From: Felis catus
Lineage: Eukaryota
Assembly (NCBI RefSeq): GCF_018350175.1
Contig: NC_058368.1
Coordinates: forward strand, 44,766,001-44,830,000
Direction: 5' to 3'
Length of the DNA: 64,000 bases
A program made the translations under genes and the position numbers. Position 1 is the stretch's first letter, and every line of letters starts with the position of its first letter. This document shows positions 23,660 through 37,060 of the stretch, piece after piece. The notes below the pieces were generated by a model. The model was not told the origin of the DNA. It saw only the letters and a list, made by a program, of their open reading frames with translations, and did no database searches.

Positions 23660-26380
23660 AGAAAAAGGAGGCTTCTGTTTATTGGAGAATAGAAGACAGC
23701 TGATATGCCCTCTAGTTATAACACCAAGACACCTGAGAAAATTACTATCCTAACGCTATTTTTTTGCATTGCTGGACTTCAACGAAAGTGAGAAGGGCAC
23801 AACCAAATATCTGAAAGAACAGTGAGATAAAACCTGAGAGAGAGCTAACCAAATACAAAAGCCAGCACTTCCTTAGGAAAGATGTCTACACCTGTGATAG
23901 GATCTGGAGCACCTGCCCTTGGCCTACTATAAGGTGGAAGAATGAACCAGAGGCTTTGCGTGAAGTCTGGAGCTTTGAAGAGGACTGACAGGACTTATGT
24001 CAGTGGTGCCCCCAGTTCTTTGTTAGAGCTAAACTTGTTGGAGGCAAACATCCCAATTGAGTCCCCTCAAAGCCCAACGAATGAACTATGACTTCAAAAT
24101 AATATTATCCAACAGTAAAAGAATCAAATTAACAAAAATGAGACTTGTTAGAAACAACAGACAACGCTTAGACTCTCAAACTTTTAAATGTTGAGATTAT
24201 TCATTACAGAATAGAAAATAAATATGTAAAAACATTTAAATAAATAACGGATGAAATTTAAAAGTAAGATGAGAACATGAATGATTATTTTATAAATCTC
24301 ACAAAAGAGAGAATTTTCAGAAATGGACACTGTTGAAATTACAAATCCACAGGGGCCTCTGCATAACCAGGATGGATAAGCTTGTATAAGACTATCTTCA
24401 TGAGATTAACCATAAAGCAACAGTTTTAAAATACTCCAAAAATTAGCTGTTTAACGACATTAGAGACTAAAAAAGGCAGCTAACACTTAAGAGGTCAAAG
24501 ACCCATAGAAGAGATGAGCATTGAAGTGAGCTGAACAATTCTTGGTCCTCTTCCCCATAAGAAATGCTGATTCACAAGCAGCCAGAGACCAAGAGCCCTG
24601 GGAATATTTATTGCACAGGCTCCTTGGCAGTGTCATGGTGCACGGAAGATACTAAGTGCATGCACTTCTACACAACCAAGGCAGTTAGGACCTTAGCCTC
24701 AAAAGACAGAATGGTGGGGCATTGTTGCTTGTCTTCTCTGTGCATTTACTGCTAAGACATATCTGATGAGAGGCAAAAATCTAGGCAGAAGATAGAAGCT
24801 AAAATGCTAAAAATTAGCTAGGGCTCATTCTTCTGAAAATAAAAGGGTATTCAGGGCCCACAATGGATGAATGGCTCTCATATAGATATTGAAAACAAAC
24901 TAGGAGTAGAGCAGTCCTCAAAATACTGCATTTTAGTCTCAAATCATCCAATCCTGATTTGGAAGATGGGTTTTCCTCTTACTCAAGTGTCTGCCAAAAT
25001 GAAAGTAAATTCTCTCTGAGACAATCTAATGTTATTTACAATCTCTATATAGAGGCATCCTTTTTCCAGAAATCGCCAAGTATCGCTATGCTATTATTTA
25101 CAGCAAACTTGTAAAATATTAGCTTTATTCTTTTTTCTTTTTTATTTTTTTTCAACGTTTATTTATTTTTGGGACAGAGAGAGACAGAGCATGAACGGGG
25201 GAGGGGCAGAGAGAGAGGGAGACACAGAATCGGAAACAGGCTCCAGGCTCTGAGCCATCATCAGCCCAGAGCCTGACGCGGGGCTCGAACTCCCGGACCG
25301 CGAGATCGTGACCTGGCTGAAGTCGGACGCTTAACCGACTGCGCCACCCAGGCGCCCCAGCTTTATTCTAAATAAATAAATATAGAAAAAATATTAAAAT
25401 AAAGAAATAAGGAAAATGAGAGGATTACCCCAATGAACTGTTTCTATTGAACTTTATACTATATGATATAGGCAATTAGATCAAGACAATAAAATAGAAT
25501 TTGGAAAAATAAAAAAGAAGGAAATAATATGTCATTCTATATCATTATATACATGATTTTATACTTAAGAATTCAATATATTCAAAACTCAATTATTACT
25601 AAGAAAAATATACAGTTATGTCAAAACATGGGAGCTCATTATGTAATTTTTCTACTATTGTTATGCTAGAAAATTTTTACATTAAGGTCTTTTTGTAAGG
25701 CAGAAAATTGGTTTAGAAGACAATCTGGCCCTATGGTATAATTTGGTGATGCTATAAATTCTTATAAACTTTCCAGAAAGAAATCGGTTCATATGTCACA
25801 ACCACTTTACCTTCCCACCCAGTAATTTTTCATTTGGTAAACTTTATAAAGAACACTCAAAGGTTAGGAATAACTCTTGATGCATGCAGATGCTAACAAT
25901 CACATCATTTAAAGAAAACAGAATTGGATCCTACCAAGTGTTTAATAATAGGACTAAGCTCAAAGAAGCTGTGGTGTTTCCATATGAGTAAGAATTAGTA
26001 AGCTTCTTGATATGATGTATTTTAAAATTTTAATGAAATATAAATTAACACATGTAATATAAATAATGAATAAAAGCAACACAAATAATAATTTCAAGTA
26101 GGCTAATAAACCAACATATATTTAGAACCTTATCTAGACAAGCACAGAGACCGAGATGAAGACAAATATAAATAGGTATATATCTATATAAATGTAGATA
26201 TATAGTTATGGCTGTGCACACTCATACACACACACGTAGAAATTGGAGAAAAGAAATATACCGTGCCGTTAACAGGAATTGTGCTTAAGTTATAAGCTTA
26301 TACTTGATTTTTCTTATCTATACTGTTGTAGTTTTATCAGATTTTCAGTATGTGGTTTACTAGATTGAAAAAAGTTATCT
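23660..26380 (+). mobile_element. Patchwork of decayed ancient L1M fragments
   Basis: A-rich L1-like 5'/ORF and 3' phrases (agagaattttcagaaatgga...gttgaaatt; gctgtggtgtttccatatg). Very degenerate. Confidence 0.35.
25132..25358 (-). mobile_element. Young cat SINE (SINEC_Fc1-like)
   Basis: CpG-rich, ends gactgcgccacccaggcgcccc. Perfect TSD agctttattct at 25121-25131 and 25359-25369. Confidence 0.97.
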
Positions 26381-27385
26381 CCAAAAAAAAATACTATTTT
26401 CTGATAGGTACAAAACCAAACTATTCCTATTTCTAAGGAATTGTCTAATAATCAGTTAATATCAGAATATATACCCAATAAAGATATTTTCATGCCAATA
26501 TTTTCCCTTAAACACTATCACCAAATTTTATTTCATAGTTTACATGATTCATACATAAGTCAATGCAAGCACTTGAAAGTAAACAATTGGTGTTTTATCT
26601 TTAAATCAACCTTTTTAAAAAAATTTATGATGATTACTGTGTGATTTTTAATAAATTTCTTAGCAAAACACCCAATTGATCAATACAATTCACTGCACTG
26701 ATTTAAATCTGTATTTGATTTCAGTTGACATCATTTAAAGAAAATCAGTCTCCTTATAAAAACAGCTTATGATTATTGCCTTTTTAAAAATTATATTTAA
26801 TTTTATGTCCCCTCATTTCTCAATTCATAGTAGAGCAAATATGAATACATATAATAATGTTTTAATTGGATTTAAAATGTGCTATATATTGCTATGTTCT
26901 TAAATATTTATTTTTCAGTATTTTTCTGTTATAAAAGTGAATTAAAGTTTTAGATTTGTATCTAAGTTTATGGGATATTAATATCTGATTCCTATAGGGC
27001 TAAGGATATGGTAAAAATTCCTAAAGGTTCCCTCAAATAATTTTTTTCTGTTGTATTGCTGATTTAATCTGGAATATCTTTTGAAACCTCCTGTATTATC
27101 ACATTCTTTTACACCTCTATCTTACTGAATATGTGTAACAATAAGTAAATTGTTGGTATTTTCAATTCTAAAGTGAAAGAAAATCAGAATCATTAAGAAA
27201 GATCAATTTTTAAAGAATTTCTTCAATCTCAAAGACTGCTGAGAGAAATTCAAATGCTGGCAACAGTTTAACTCAGTAGCCTCCATAGTCTCATATTCTT
27301 CTATGCTATAACAACGTGAAATCACCAGATTTAAAAATTCAAATTCAGTCATGCCCTTTCGTTCTTTAATAGTACAGTAATTTTT

Positions 27386-27606
27386 TTAAACATTCTTTTT
27401 TTTTAAATTAATTTATTTATTTTGAGAGAGATGGAGACAGTGTGAGTGGGGGAGGGGCAGAGTGAGAGGGAGACGGAATCCCAAGCAGGCTCAGCACTGC
27501 TGGCACAGAGCCTGACCCAGGGCTTGAACTCATGACACTGTAAGATCATGACCTGAGCCGAAACCAAGAGCTGAACACTTAACCAACTGAGCCACCCAGG
27601 TGCCCC
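27386..27606 (-). mobile_element. Can-SINE
   Basis: TSD atagtaYagtaattttt; reverse head ccaggtgcccc. Confidence 0.95.
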
Positions 27607-27690
27607 GATAGTATAGTAATTTTTGTATCTATTTTAATTTATGTTTATTATTCAGCCTTCATCAGAAACAAAACAGATTCAATAAATATT

Positions 27691-27780
27691 CCTCCTCTGC
27701 CTCTCCCTCCTCTTCCTCCTCCTCTTCCTCTTCCCCAACCCCCTCCCCTGCTCCTCCTCTTCTTTGTATTCTTCTTCTTT
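27691..27780. repeat. CCT/CT-rich polypyrimidine low-complexity tract
   Basis: cctcctctgcctctccctcctcttcctcctcctcttcc... Confidence 0.85.
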
Positions 27781-27810
27781 AGAAAAAAAAAATATTGTGT
27801 GCATATTTTC

Positions 27811-28034
27811 TTTTTAAAAAAATTTTTTTTTCAACGTTTATTTATTTTTGGGACAGAGAGAGACAGAGCATGAATGGGGGAGGGGCAGAGAGAGAGGGAG
27901 ACACAGAATTGGAAACAAGCTCCAGGCTCTGAGCCATCAGCCCAGAGCCTGATGCGGGGCTTGAACTCCCGGACGGCGAGATCGTGACCTGGCTGAAGTC
28001 AGACGCTTAACCGACTGCGCCACCCAGGCGCCCC
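27811..28034 (-). mobile_element. Young cat SINE (SINEC_Fc1-like)
   Basis: TSD tgtgtgcatattttc on both sides; same diagnostic sequence as the 25132 copy. Confidence 0.97.
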
Positions 28035-28103
28035 AATGTGTGCATATTTTCAAGTGGAATGGTTCTTGTATGGGCACTCTTTCTGTAGAATACAGTGTTC
28101 TTT

Positions 28104-28104
<1 letters not shown>

Positions 28105-28159
<55 letters not shown>

Positions 28160-28338
28160 TTTTAAGAGAGAGAGAGAGCGAGCAGGGAAGGAGCAGAGGG
28201 AGAAGGAGAGAGAATCTTAAGTGGGCTCAATGTCCAGTGCAGAGCCCAACTCGGGGCAGCCTCTCAAGACCCTGGGATCATTACCTGAGCCAAAATCAAG
28301 AATCAGATGCTCACCTGACTGAGCCACCCAGACACCTC
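28105..28338 (-). mobile_element. Older Can-SINE with (TTTA)n tail
   Basis: TSD aaYacagtgttcttta; reverse head ctgagccacccagacacc. Confidence 0.93.
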
Positions 28339-29506
28339 TAACACAGTGTTCTTTAAAAAAATAATCACTCATTTGACTTTAAAATTTGAAACATCATAAA
28401 ACCACCACATATACATATATGTGTACTCATATATATGCATATATAAATATAAATTACCTAGTGCTCATTTAATGTGATGGCTATGAAAAATCAATGTCCC
28501 AGTAAACAGAAATTAAACTTGTCAAAAAATAAACAAGTGAACACCATCTAACAGCCAGCCACAAGATATCTTCATGACAGACAAAATATGGGAATATGTG
28601 TCTTCCCTAAATTATTTCCCTTTAGCTGCTGTTTTGGGATCTCAATTCACAATGGTGGAAATAAGTTTTGTTGCTTCCCTCTAATTCTTTAATAACAAAT
28701 ATATTTAATAGAGATTGAACATGTGACCACACTCTGTCGTTGCCAACTTTTACGTGTATATTAAATGTATGGTGGATAATTATATCACTTACCAAATACA
28801 AACATATGACAGTTACGTTATTTGTCTTGTGAACTCACAACATAAAATAAGCTGAAGAAGACAAATATTCATTGATCTTTTTCCACTAATTACAGAAAAG
28901 AATGAGACCTTAAAATGTATGTGTTCAACTTTTAAATGAATCATTCATTTCCCTTTGAACAGCAAAATTGGTAATCACAGTTAAATTTATAAAATATAAC
29001 TGTCAACAGTCATTACATTTGTTTATAGTTGTCTATTTATTTGCCAGGCTTCTGTGTAAGATTCCAAATGCATCAAAAACAGAAACTCTCTTCTTCATAA
29101 TATTTCTTTTAGCAAGCATGTACCTGGAGTGTTATATTTCTTTTACTTAGAATTGAAATATAGTTGTCAATATATCCAATCAATTATTTGGCCTGTGTTT
29201 GTAAGTAAGTGTTTTAAGTCCCCTTTTCATTTCATATGAAGCCTGGCACATAATGCACAAGAGATAAAGGATTTAAAGATGAATAAAAAGCAAAAGCAGC
29301 AACTACAGCTGAAAATAAGAGATGTTCTTTTAATTTTCCCCTTAATATTAAATCTTAATGTGTAAAGCATGTGAGGTTTATTGGTATTATACAGATTGCA
29401 ATATTAAAATTGTGACATGGTCTGATACAGGTTGTATTATATATAGATCAAGAAATGTAAAAACAAACAAAACAAACAACCCCCCAAGAAACAAAGAATT
29501 GTATAC

Positions 29507-29693
29507 CTTTGTTGTTATCCATTCCTCCTACAGCATACAGAGTTCCAACTGTAGATTTTCTAGGTTTAGTTCTTGGACTTTGCATTAAAGTTCTTCTTTC
29601 TGGCAATAGATGATATTTCATTGCTTCCAGAATCAGTTTTTGACATTCCAGATCATTCTTAAATAATGCATGGTTTTCTAAGTCAGCCAATAT
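29507..29693 (-). CDS. KLHL1: KLHL1 internal coding exon (probable exon 6), end of BACK, linker and start of Kelch repeat 1
   Basis: 187 nt, phase 0/1. Acceptor ttcacAG|ATA, donor AAG|GTATAC. Encodes [62 protein letters not shown] plus 1 nt, in frame with the previous exon. Confidence 0.96.
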
Positions 29694-30410
29694 CTGTGAA
29701 TAATACACAATTACTGTTAATAATATTTTGTATAGGAATGAGTATGACATCAGTAGTTAAAATTAGAAGCCTAATGCCTATGATTTTACCCCTATATTGA
29801 GAAAAATGCAAAATGTAATTACATTGACAGAAAATATGAGTAAAATGGAAGGCTTCCATGAGAAACAGAATGGATTTTATTTTCTATTCAATACTATTTA
29901 TTGTCATTTAATTACATGGGTTGTAAAGAAACTTCTAGAAATCACTTTTCCATTCTCTTTCCTCTTATGAAACCTGATTATAAATTGAATATAGTTGCCT
30001 CTGTTGGCCATAAGGCTGTGTGGGAAAAGAAATTAAAAAATAACCTTCAACAAATTGCATTAATAATCTTCATAAACATATATTTATTTTAAGATATCTC
30101 AGGTATAGTTTAAAATCCTTTCGAATACAAAAAATCAATAAAAATGAAAACAATTCTCTTTATCTCTTTAAGTTTGCAAGCAGTTGGAAAGTCGTATAGT
30201 AGGCAGAGTTTCCAACAGTGAAACTAAGAACTTTTATACCAAAAATCTAGCACCTGAAGGAGGGATAGAGTAAGACCAGCTGTTTGAAGCTATACTATGT
30301 TTTTCTTTTGCTACACCAGAGTTTCATTCCCCCAAATGCTTCTGTGTACATTTCTTTGAACACATCCATTGTCTCTCTTACTTTCTTCTTCCTCTGTTGT
30401 TCTTTATCTT

Positions 30411-30411
30411 C

Positions 30412-30471
<60 letters not shown>

Positions 30472-30520
30472 TTTTCTTTCTTTCTTTCTTTTTTCTTTTT
30501 CTTTTTTCTTTCTTTCTTTT
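30411..30520. repeat. (TTTC)n microsatellite
   Basis: Long TTTC run that decays into T-rich sequence. Confidence 0.95.
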
Positions 30521-32026
30521 ACTATTTCAGTATCACTTTCTCTTTCCTAATGAATCAATATTTCATTTCAAATGACAGTTAAATCTGTCACACATATTTA
30601 GAAAAATTAATAAGTTGAAAATTTAATTTGACTCACTGACCTTTTCTTACCCATCAGTAAGAAACTTGACAATATCTGTACTCAAATATGTACTGAGTGA
30701 ATAAGTTAGTATATGATGGCAGCATATAATTAATTAATTTTAACACTATAATTTTAACCTTAATTAAGTAAATTTATTTAGCCATCACATGACACATAAA
30801 TTGTTGGAGATGACAGGAAGAATATAAAACAAATAAGATAACTTATATGACATGTAGGAAAGGTAACATAAAAGTCCTGGGAGTGAATAAGGAATGTAAT
30901 ATATTAGTTTCCTGATGCTTTGGAATATTGAAAGAAGGTGTTCAATTAAATTCTTGGCTACATTGCACTTTTTGTACACTGAAATCTTAGTGTTGACTTC
31001 CTATCCACCTTCATTTTAAACACTAAACAAGAAAAACAAAAAAATAAATTTAATGGTATGGAATAGGATAGAATATCTCTAATGGATGTTTTAAAAGGAC
31101 TACTGTTTTTCTCTTTCAGTAATTAAAAAAAAAATTTGTTTTGACCGGCAAAGAGAATATCTATTTCTAACAAGACCCTAATGGTCTTTATAAAGTAAAT
31201 GGAAAAAAAGTATTTTGATATAGCTTTTGGTCACCTCTGTATCAAAGAATATTTTTCTACATCTAAGCCTTTTCCTTTCTTTAAAAGGAAAACAATTAGC
31301 TTTTCCAGTGATAAATGTATATGTTGCTGAAGTTGGCTCCCATAAATTCTTCTCTCCCTTTTTCACTGTTTTGGAGAAACATGGGGTTAGTTGACCATAA
31401 GAAACTTTCTTTATTAGGAGCACACTCTAGGAATATCTTATCCAGATAAACAGTTAAATACCAAATAAAAGGGGAAAAAAAGAAGCACATTCAAAAGATA
31501 GTGCTTCATTTCTGTGTTTGTGTCTTGGAAAAATATAACTCATAATCAAAAAGTTTAACTGGAAATTTGAGGCTTAGGTTTTAGATAAATGGATTCATGA
31601 CATAGATGAAAATATTTACAAATTTTAACATATGAGTACAAAGTGTCATTTGCATTAAAAAAGAGTTCATAGACTATTTCCAATATGCAAATGACTCTTA
31701 ACTAATTATAGTGGATTAGTTTTAGTTTAAAAATATCTCTATGCCTTCTTTTTTAATTTTATCACCATGTAAAAATAATGTTCAATATTTTAATAAATAT
31801 AAGATTTGGGTTTAAAAATATTATAAAATATTATAAATTGTTCATTTCAAAGTATAACAAGGAAGACATACAAAATAAAACTAAAACTTGTAATTTATTT
31901 CTATAAAATAACTAAGGTATCCTGTACTTAGTTTTTTCCTTTTATTAACAAAACATTGTTTAAATTTTCTTAATTGTGGCATGCCTCTAATCATTTGACA
32001 AAGTTTTTTATTTTAAAAGAAATTGA

Positions 32027-32227
32027 GCGGCACCTGGGTGGCTCAGTCAGTTAAGTGTCTGACTTTTGAATTTGGCTCAGGTCATGATCTCATGGTGGTG
32101 ACATACAGTTCCATGCTGGGGTCTGTGCTGAGTGTGGAGCCTCCTTGGAGTTCTCTCTCTCCCTCTCTCTCTCTGCCTCTCCCCCACACATGTGCACTCT
32201 CTATCAAAATAAATAAATATTTAAAAA
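32027..32227 (+). mobile_element. Can-SINE (older)
   Basis: ggcacctgggtggctcagtcagttaag head, (CT)n, A-rich tail. Confidence 0.93.
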
Positions 32228-32633
32228 ATTGAATTCTTCATAATCACTTTTACTTTATTATTGTGTATTTTCAAATTATGACTTGTAATTATTGCTTATG
32301 AATACTATGTGTCTCTGACTATGTCCTCTGACAACACTTTTTAGCATTATTATTTCATCTCAAATTAAGACACAAATTCAGAATAATATAATGGTTAAGC
32401 TGTCTTTTAAACTTGAACTATCTTTAGATTTCCTAAATTAATCCAAAATTAACACCACTTACTCTTCCCTATAAAATGAAAAATGGTTTTTTTTTCATAT
32501 TCTTCCATTTTTAATGAATCCTACCCTATTGTGAAATACCATCTTTGTCAAATTTAGAAAATATATCAATGTATTTCAATAATTGTGTACTACTTAGAAA
32601 CATACTCATGTTTATATAAGAATTTGTACAATA

Positions 32634-32870
32634 GGGGTGCCTGGGTGGCTCAGTTGGTTAGGCGTCCAACTTCAGCTCAGGTCATGATCTCACTGTTCAT
32701 GGGTTCAAGCCCCGTGTTGGGCTCTGTGCTGACAGCTTAGAGTCTTGAGCCTGCTTTGGATTCTGTGTCTCCCTCTCTCTCTGCCCCTCGTCCACTCATG
32801 CTTTCTCTCTCTCTCTCTCTCTCTCTCTGTCTCACAAAAATAAACATTAAAAAAAGTTTTTAAAAAAAGA
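32634..32870 (+). mobile_element. Can-SINE (SINEC_Fc-like)
   Basis: Perfect 16-bp TSD aagaatttgtacaata at 32618-32633 and 32871-32886. Confidence 0.96.
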
Positions 32871-35800
32871 AAGAATTTGTACAATAATTGTCTACAAATT
32901 AATCTATTCCTCAGATTACTACCTATCAATACTCCCCCTAAACAAGGAAAATCATAATATAATTTATTTTATAATTTAAAAAGTTTTTAGGACATTTCAC
33001 AAAATCTGCATTGTTAGTATATTCTTACACTGAGAACAATCATTGACTACATCATTATAAATTAATTGTGTATTACACCTCAAGAAAAGATTTTACTCTC
33101 TACAAACAATAACATTTCAAAATATTTTGTCATCTAGAAGTAATTTGAGAAATGAAAATATCCTGAGACTAAAAAGGAAGGGCAACATAGGGTATATTGA
33201 CAATTAACATTACATAAAAATCTAATGGGTTGATCCTTGGATCTGTGTCAGCTAAGCTGCCACTTTGCAAATAAGTCTTATCTCCAAACAACCTTGGTAG
33301 GTTTTCCTTGTGATGAAGTAATGATCTGCAAGTTAATGGTAAGCCTGTAGCTGCAGAATAGAACGTGGTCAAGAAACATGTATGATAGTCAGATTGACTA
33401 CTATGAAAAATCAGAATAATCTATCTATTAATAGCTAGCATTCTCAAAATAACTTGTTACAACATTACAGTTGCCAGAAATGTCATGAATTTTGATTAGA
33501 TATATTTTTACAATGTGTATATTAAAACATTATTAATTTCTTTTTGCATACTCAAAGTTCCATTGGCTTTATTACTAATTACACTTTGGGGGAAAATACA
33601 AATTCAATTTTTAAAACAATGTTTATTTAAAATGACCATTACATTTGTAATTAAAGCACAAATAATTTGATTGTTGATGGTTTGAGGAATTGAACAACAT
33701 GCTTAAAATAGCCACATGTCTAGCAACATGAAAATATTGATGAATGTTTAATCCCATATGTTTACACATAGACACTCCTCAACTGCACTTTTCCAAGAGT
33801 ATTATATGAATTCATTTTAAATGCCTTCAACAAATTCAAATTATGACTCTAAAAGTATGGTTTCATGAAAATGGAATGCATTATTTAAGTACCTAGAGTT
33901 TGCATTGTTTTGCCAGCCTTCAAATAAGAAAATAGAATAATTATAATATGATGCAGAAAAAAGTTGTCTCCTCTCTGCATATTTTAACTTTATATGTCAA
34001 AGAAATTAATCTCTTGGTTAGAATATTTGTCATGATTCTTTACACTAAATCACATGTATGGATATTTCCTTAACATTATAAATAACTGTCTCATATAATA
34101 AGCAAACAAAATCAGATGCATAGATTTATTTGTGCTTCATGACCTACTCTTATTACATACAGGGCATACTCCTCTAATTTTGTAGTAAAAGTCAAAATAT
34201 TTATATTATAAAAATTTGCATTATGCTTAGACTTTTTAAAATACCATAAAATAATGCCAATTAGGAGATATAATTTACAGTAATGTGTTCTTATGATGTT
34301 AATGGCTAGAAAAAGGGAGAGTAATAACTGCATGAATGAAGACATACTTTGAAAGGCAAGGTGACTAACAGGATCTATACAAAACTTAGCAAATACATCT
34401 ATACCTTCTATCTGGTCAGGGAGTGCACTGGAATATGGAATGCAATGTTGAAGAAACAACCAAAGAAAGATAAATTTAAACTTCCTATGGACCAAAGGAA
34501 GTATTAACTCTTCTAACACTGCGTCCTTTGGCTACCAAGGTTATGAAAACATTCTCACATTCATAACAGTGTGACAAAACTCCATATATCTCATGTTATT
34601 TCATAATATTTCAAACTTTTGTTTTGCTACCAGAGGTTGTGCTAAAGAAAATCTATTCACGTTATCTGAATCTATAAACCAAAATTGATTCCATTAAAAG
34701 TGACAGTCCTTAGAGAACAAGTGACAGTCTCCTACAGTCTTTCAAGTTTATTGCTTGACAAAATGAATAGGATGAATGATAAAATATTATGATATACTGT
34801 AAGCTGCAAGAAAGTAAATGATTTTCTACTGCAATATCTTATAAATAGGTCTGATACAAATAAATTTTCAGGTGTTTTTATTAAGCAGTTTATAAGATGG
34901 AGAAACAATGATTTAATAGGCACACTTAGTGGTGAATAAGCCCCGTGCTTGTTTAATAGTCAATATAAGGTGCTGGTGAGAGGGGAGAGTAAGTTATCAG
35001 AAAACTTTGTAGCAACCTAAGAAATAGTGAAGCTCGTAGGTCGAGTTGTTCCACTTTGCAAGGGAAAATATAAACTGTCTCATGCCAGAGAGATTTTCTG
35101 CAGATTTCCTCCCTTTCAGATAGATTTTCGAAGACATAGAGGGAAGAAAATGGACAATTACATGAAAGCTTGGCAATAGAAGTTAGTTGGTGCACCAATG
35201 CCAACAACGCTTCATCAGCTATTATTTGAGTATCTGCTGTGACTGGAACAGCCTAAGCTTGTGTAAGAGTAACTAGCTCAACTATAGCCGGAATATCAAT
35301 CTTCTGCCTGAAAGAAACTCATTGATATGAGTAGAGAGATCCTTATATTACATTTAAAATCCCATTTATATCTGTTGAAAAGAATTTTGGCAAAGGATAG
35401 AATCATGACATATTAAGAGATGGAAATACCTTCTCATCTTTTCTGCAAGCATAATCACTATTCTGGCTAAACTACTTGAAAATATTATTTATATTTTAAA
35501 ATAAATGAGAAAGCAGATACAGTACAGCTTCTATGTCTCCTCCTGTGCTGTCATTTCAAAAGGAAAACACAAATTACTGACACACTAAAGCTTACATCAG
35601 TTACATCTGAATAATTCTTGCTCAAGTATTTGAGGAATGAGAGGAAACCATCTACAAAATAAGGATCAGGTTAATTAATTTTATTCTGAATACAGGATAT
35701 TTTCAATTCTGAATATTTGATTGCCTTAAGATGAAAAATAATTGGCTAGGCTGACAGTACAAATAGAGAAGAATAATGACATGATCACAAGTAGAGCTCA

Positions 35801-36019
35801 TAAAATTAACTCAAATGATAGTTTTTATTAGTGACAAATGAGATGGGTTTTATGCTGCTATAATTTATGATTATTAGTTATTTAACATGGATTTGCTTTT
35901 CCATAGGTAGTTTGAAAGCTCAAAATTTCAAAAAACTGAAATAAGTGATTCTGTGCCCTGCATGAACATCATCTTCATCCAGAAAAATTTCATTGCATTC
36001 TAGGTAACCTCTGGACCTT

Positions 36020-36095
36020 TCATTCGTTCATTCATTCATTCATTCATTCAATATTCAGTCAGAACCTATTTTGTGCCAAGTGCTGTAATAGGCAC
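36020..36095 (-). mobile_element. L2 3' terminus with (TTCA)n
   Basis: cattcattcattcattca...acctattttgtgccaagtgctgtaataggcac. Confidence 0.65.
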
Positions 36096-36860
36096 CTGTT
36101 TGCCTTCAGTCTCTCTCACCACCAATCTATTCTATTCAAGTCTACCTTCCTCCCCGCCCCTTAGAACACTTTTGTTAATTTACTCATATCTAGCTATATT
36201 CTACAGCATGCATTAGTTTATTATTATTTCCAGGATATTATTCAGCCTTCTTAGACTAGCAGGACAAAAATTGTGTAATACAACTGTCTTTTAGCTATTC
36301 CATCACTCTCTAAGATGCCTTATGTATATTTTTCTGGATTTCATACTTTAGCTCTTCAGACCTCTTTCTTCTCATCTGACTGGATCTCACCTTTTTAAAA
36401 AATAATATTGGTAATGTCTTTTCCCTCTAGGTCTTCTACTAAAATAGACACAATTATCAGAGTTTGGTGTACATTCTATTACTTCCATGAGTACTACCTA
36501 ATTAAGTGGCTGAGGCCACAACTGACACAATTTGTTTTTATTGATCATATTGGACTTTAATCAGTTGCCATCTGTGTAGTCATTCAAGGGCTTCAGATGC
36601 ATGCTAGTCATAAACTTGTAAGAAATCAGGAAAAAATGTCTGCTACCTCTTGTTGGGTACAACTAGCAAGGTTATAGGCTCCTAGGAATTGCTCAGTAAC
36701 TATTTAAGTGATTGAATATTTACTCTGATTAGACTATTAATTTATTTTAAATAACATTTATAGCATTGAAGTTTGAAAACAGATAATGTATAGGCAGAGA
36801 TATATTCAATATCATTGCAAATTACATGCATAAATTAATTGTACAAATATTTATGGTCTT

Positions 36861-37060
36861 GGAGCACCAGGTGGCTCAGTTAATTAAGCGTCTGACTTCG
36901 GCTCAGGTCTTAATCTTGATATTTGTGAGTTCTAGCCTGCATTTGGCTCTCTGCTGCCAGTGAGGAGCCTGCTTCGGATCCTCTACCTTCCTCTCTCTCT
37001 GCCCCTCCCCAGCTTATGCTTCCTCTCTCTCAAAAATAAAATAAGCATTAGAAAAAAAAA
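36861..37060 (+). mobile_element. Can-SINE
   Basis: 18-bp TSD acaaatatttatgStctt at 36843-36860 and 37061-37078. Confidence 0.95.

Larger units (their letters stand above)
2754..29506 (-). other. KLHL1: KLHL1 intron (26,753 nt, GT-AG, phase 1)
   Basis: Bounded by GT at 29506-29505 and AG at 2755-2754. The split codon G|GA gives Gly (NNK-G-ATT). Confidence 0.9.

Noticed and set aside
34112..34519. Longest ORF in the track (135 aa, minus strand)
   Set aside because: No recognisable homology, composition typical of AT-rich intron, non-ATG start, and not needed for KLHL1 frame continuity.
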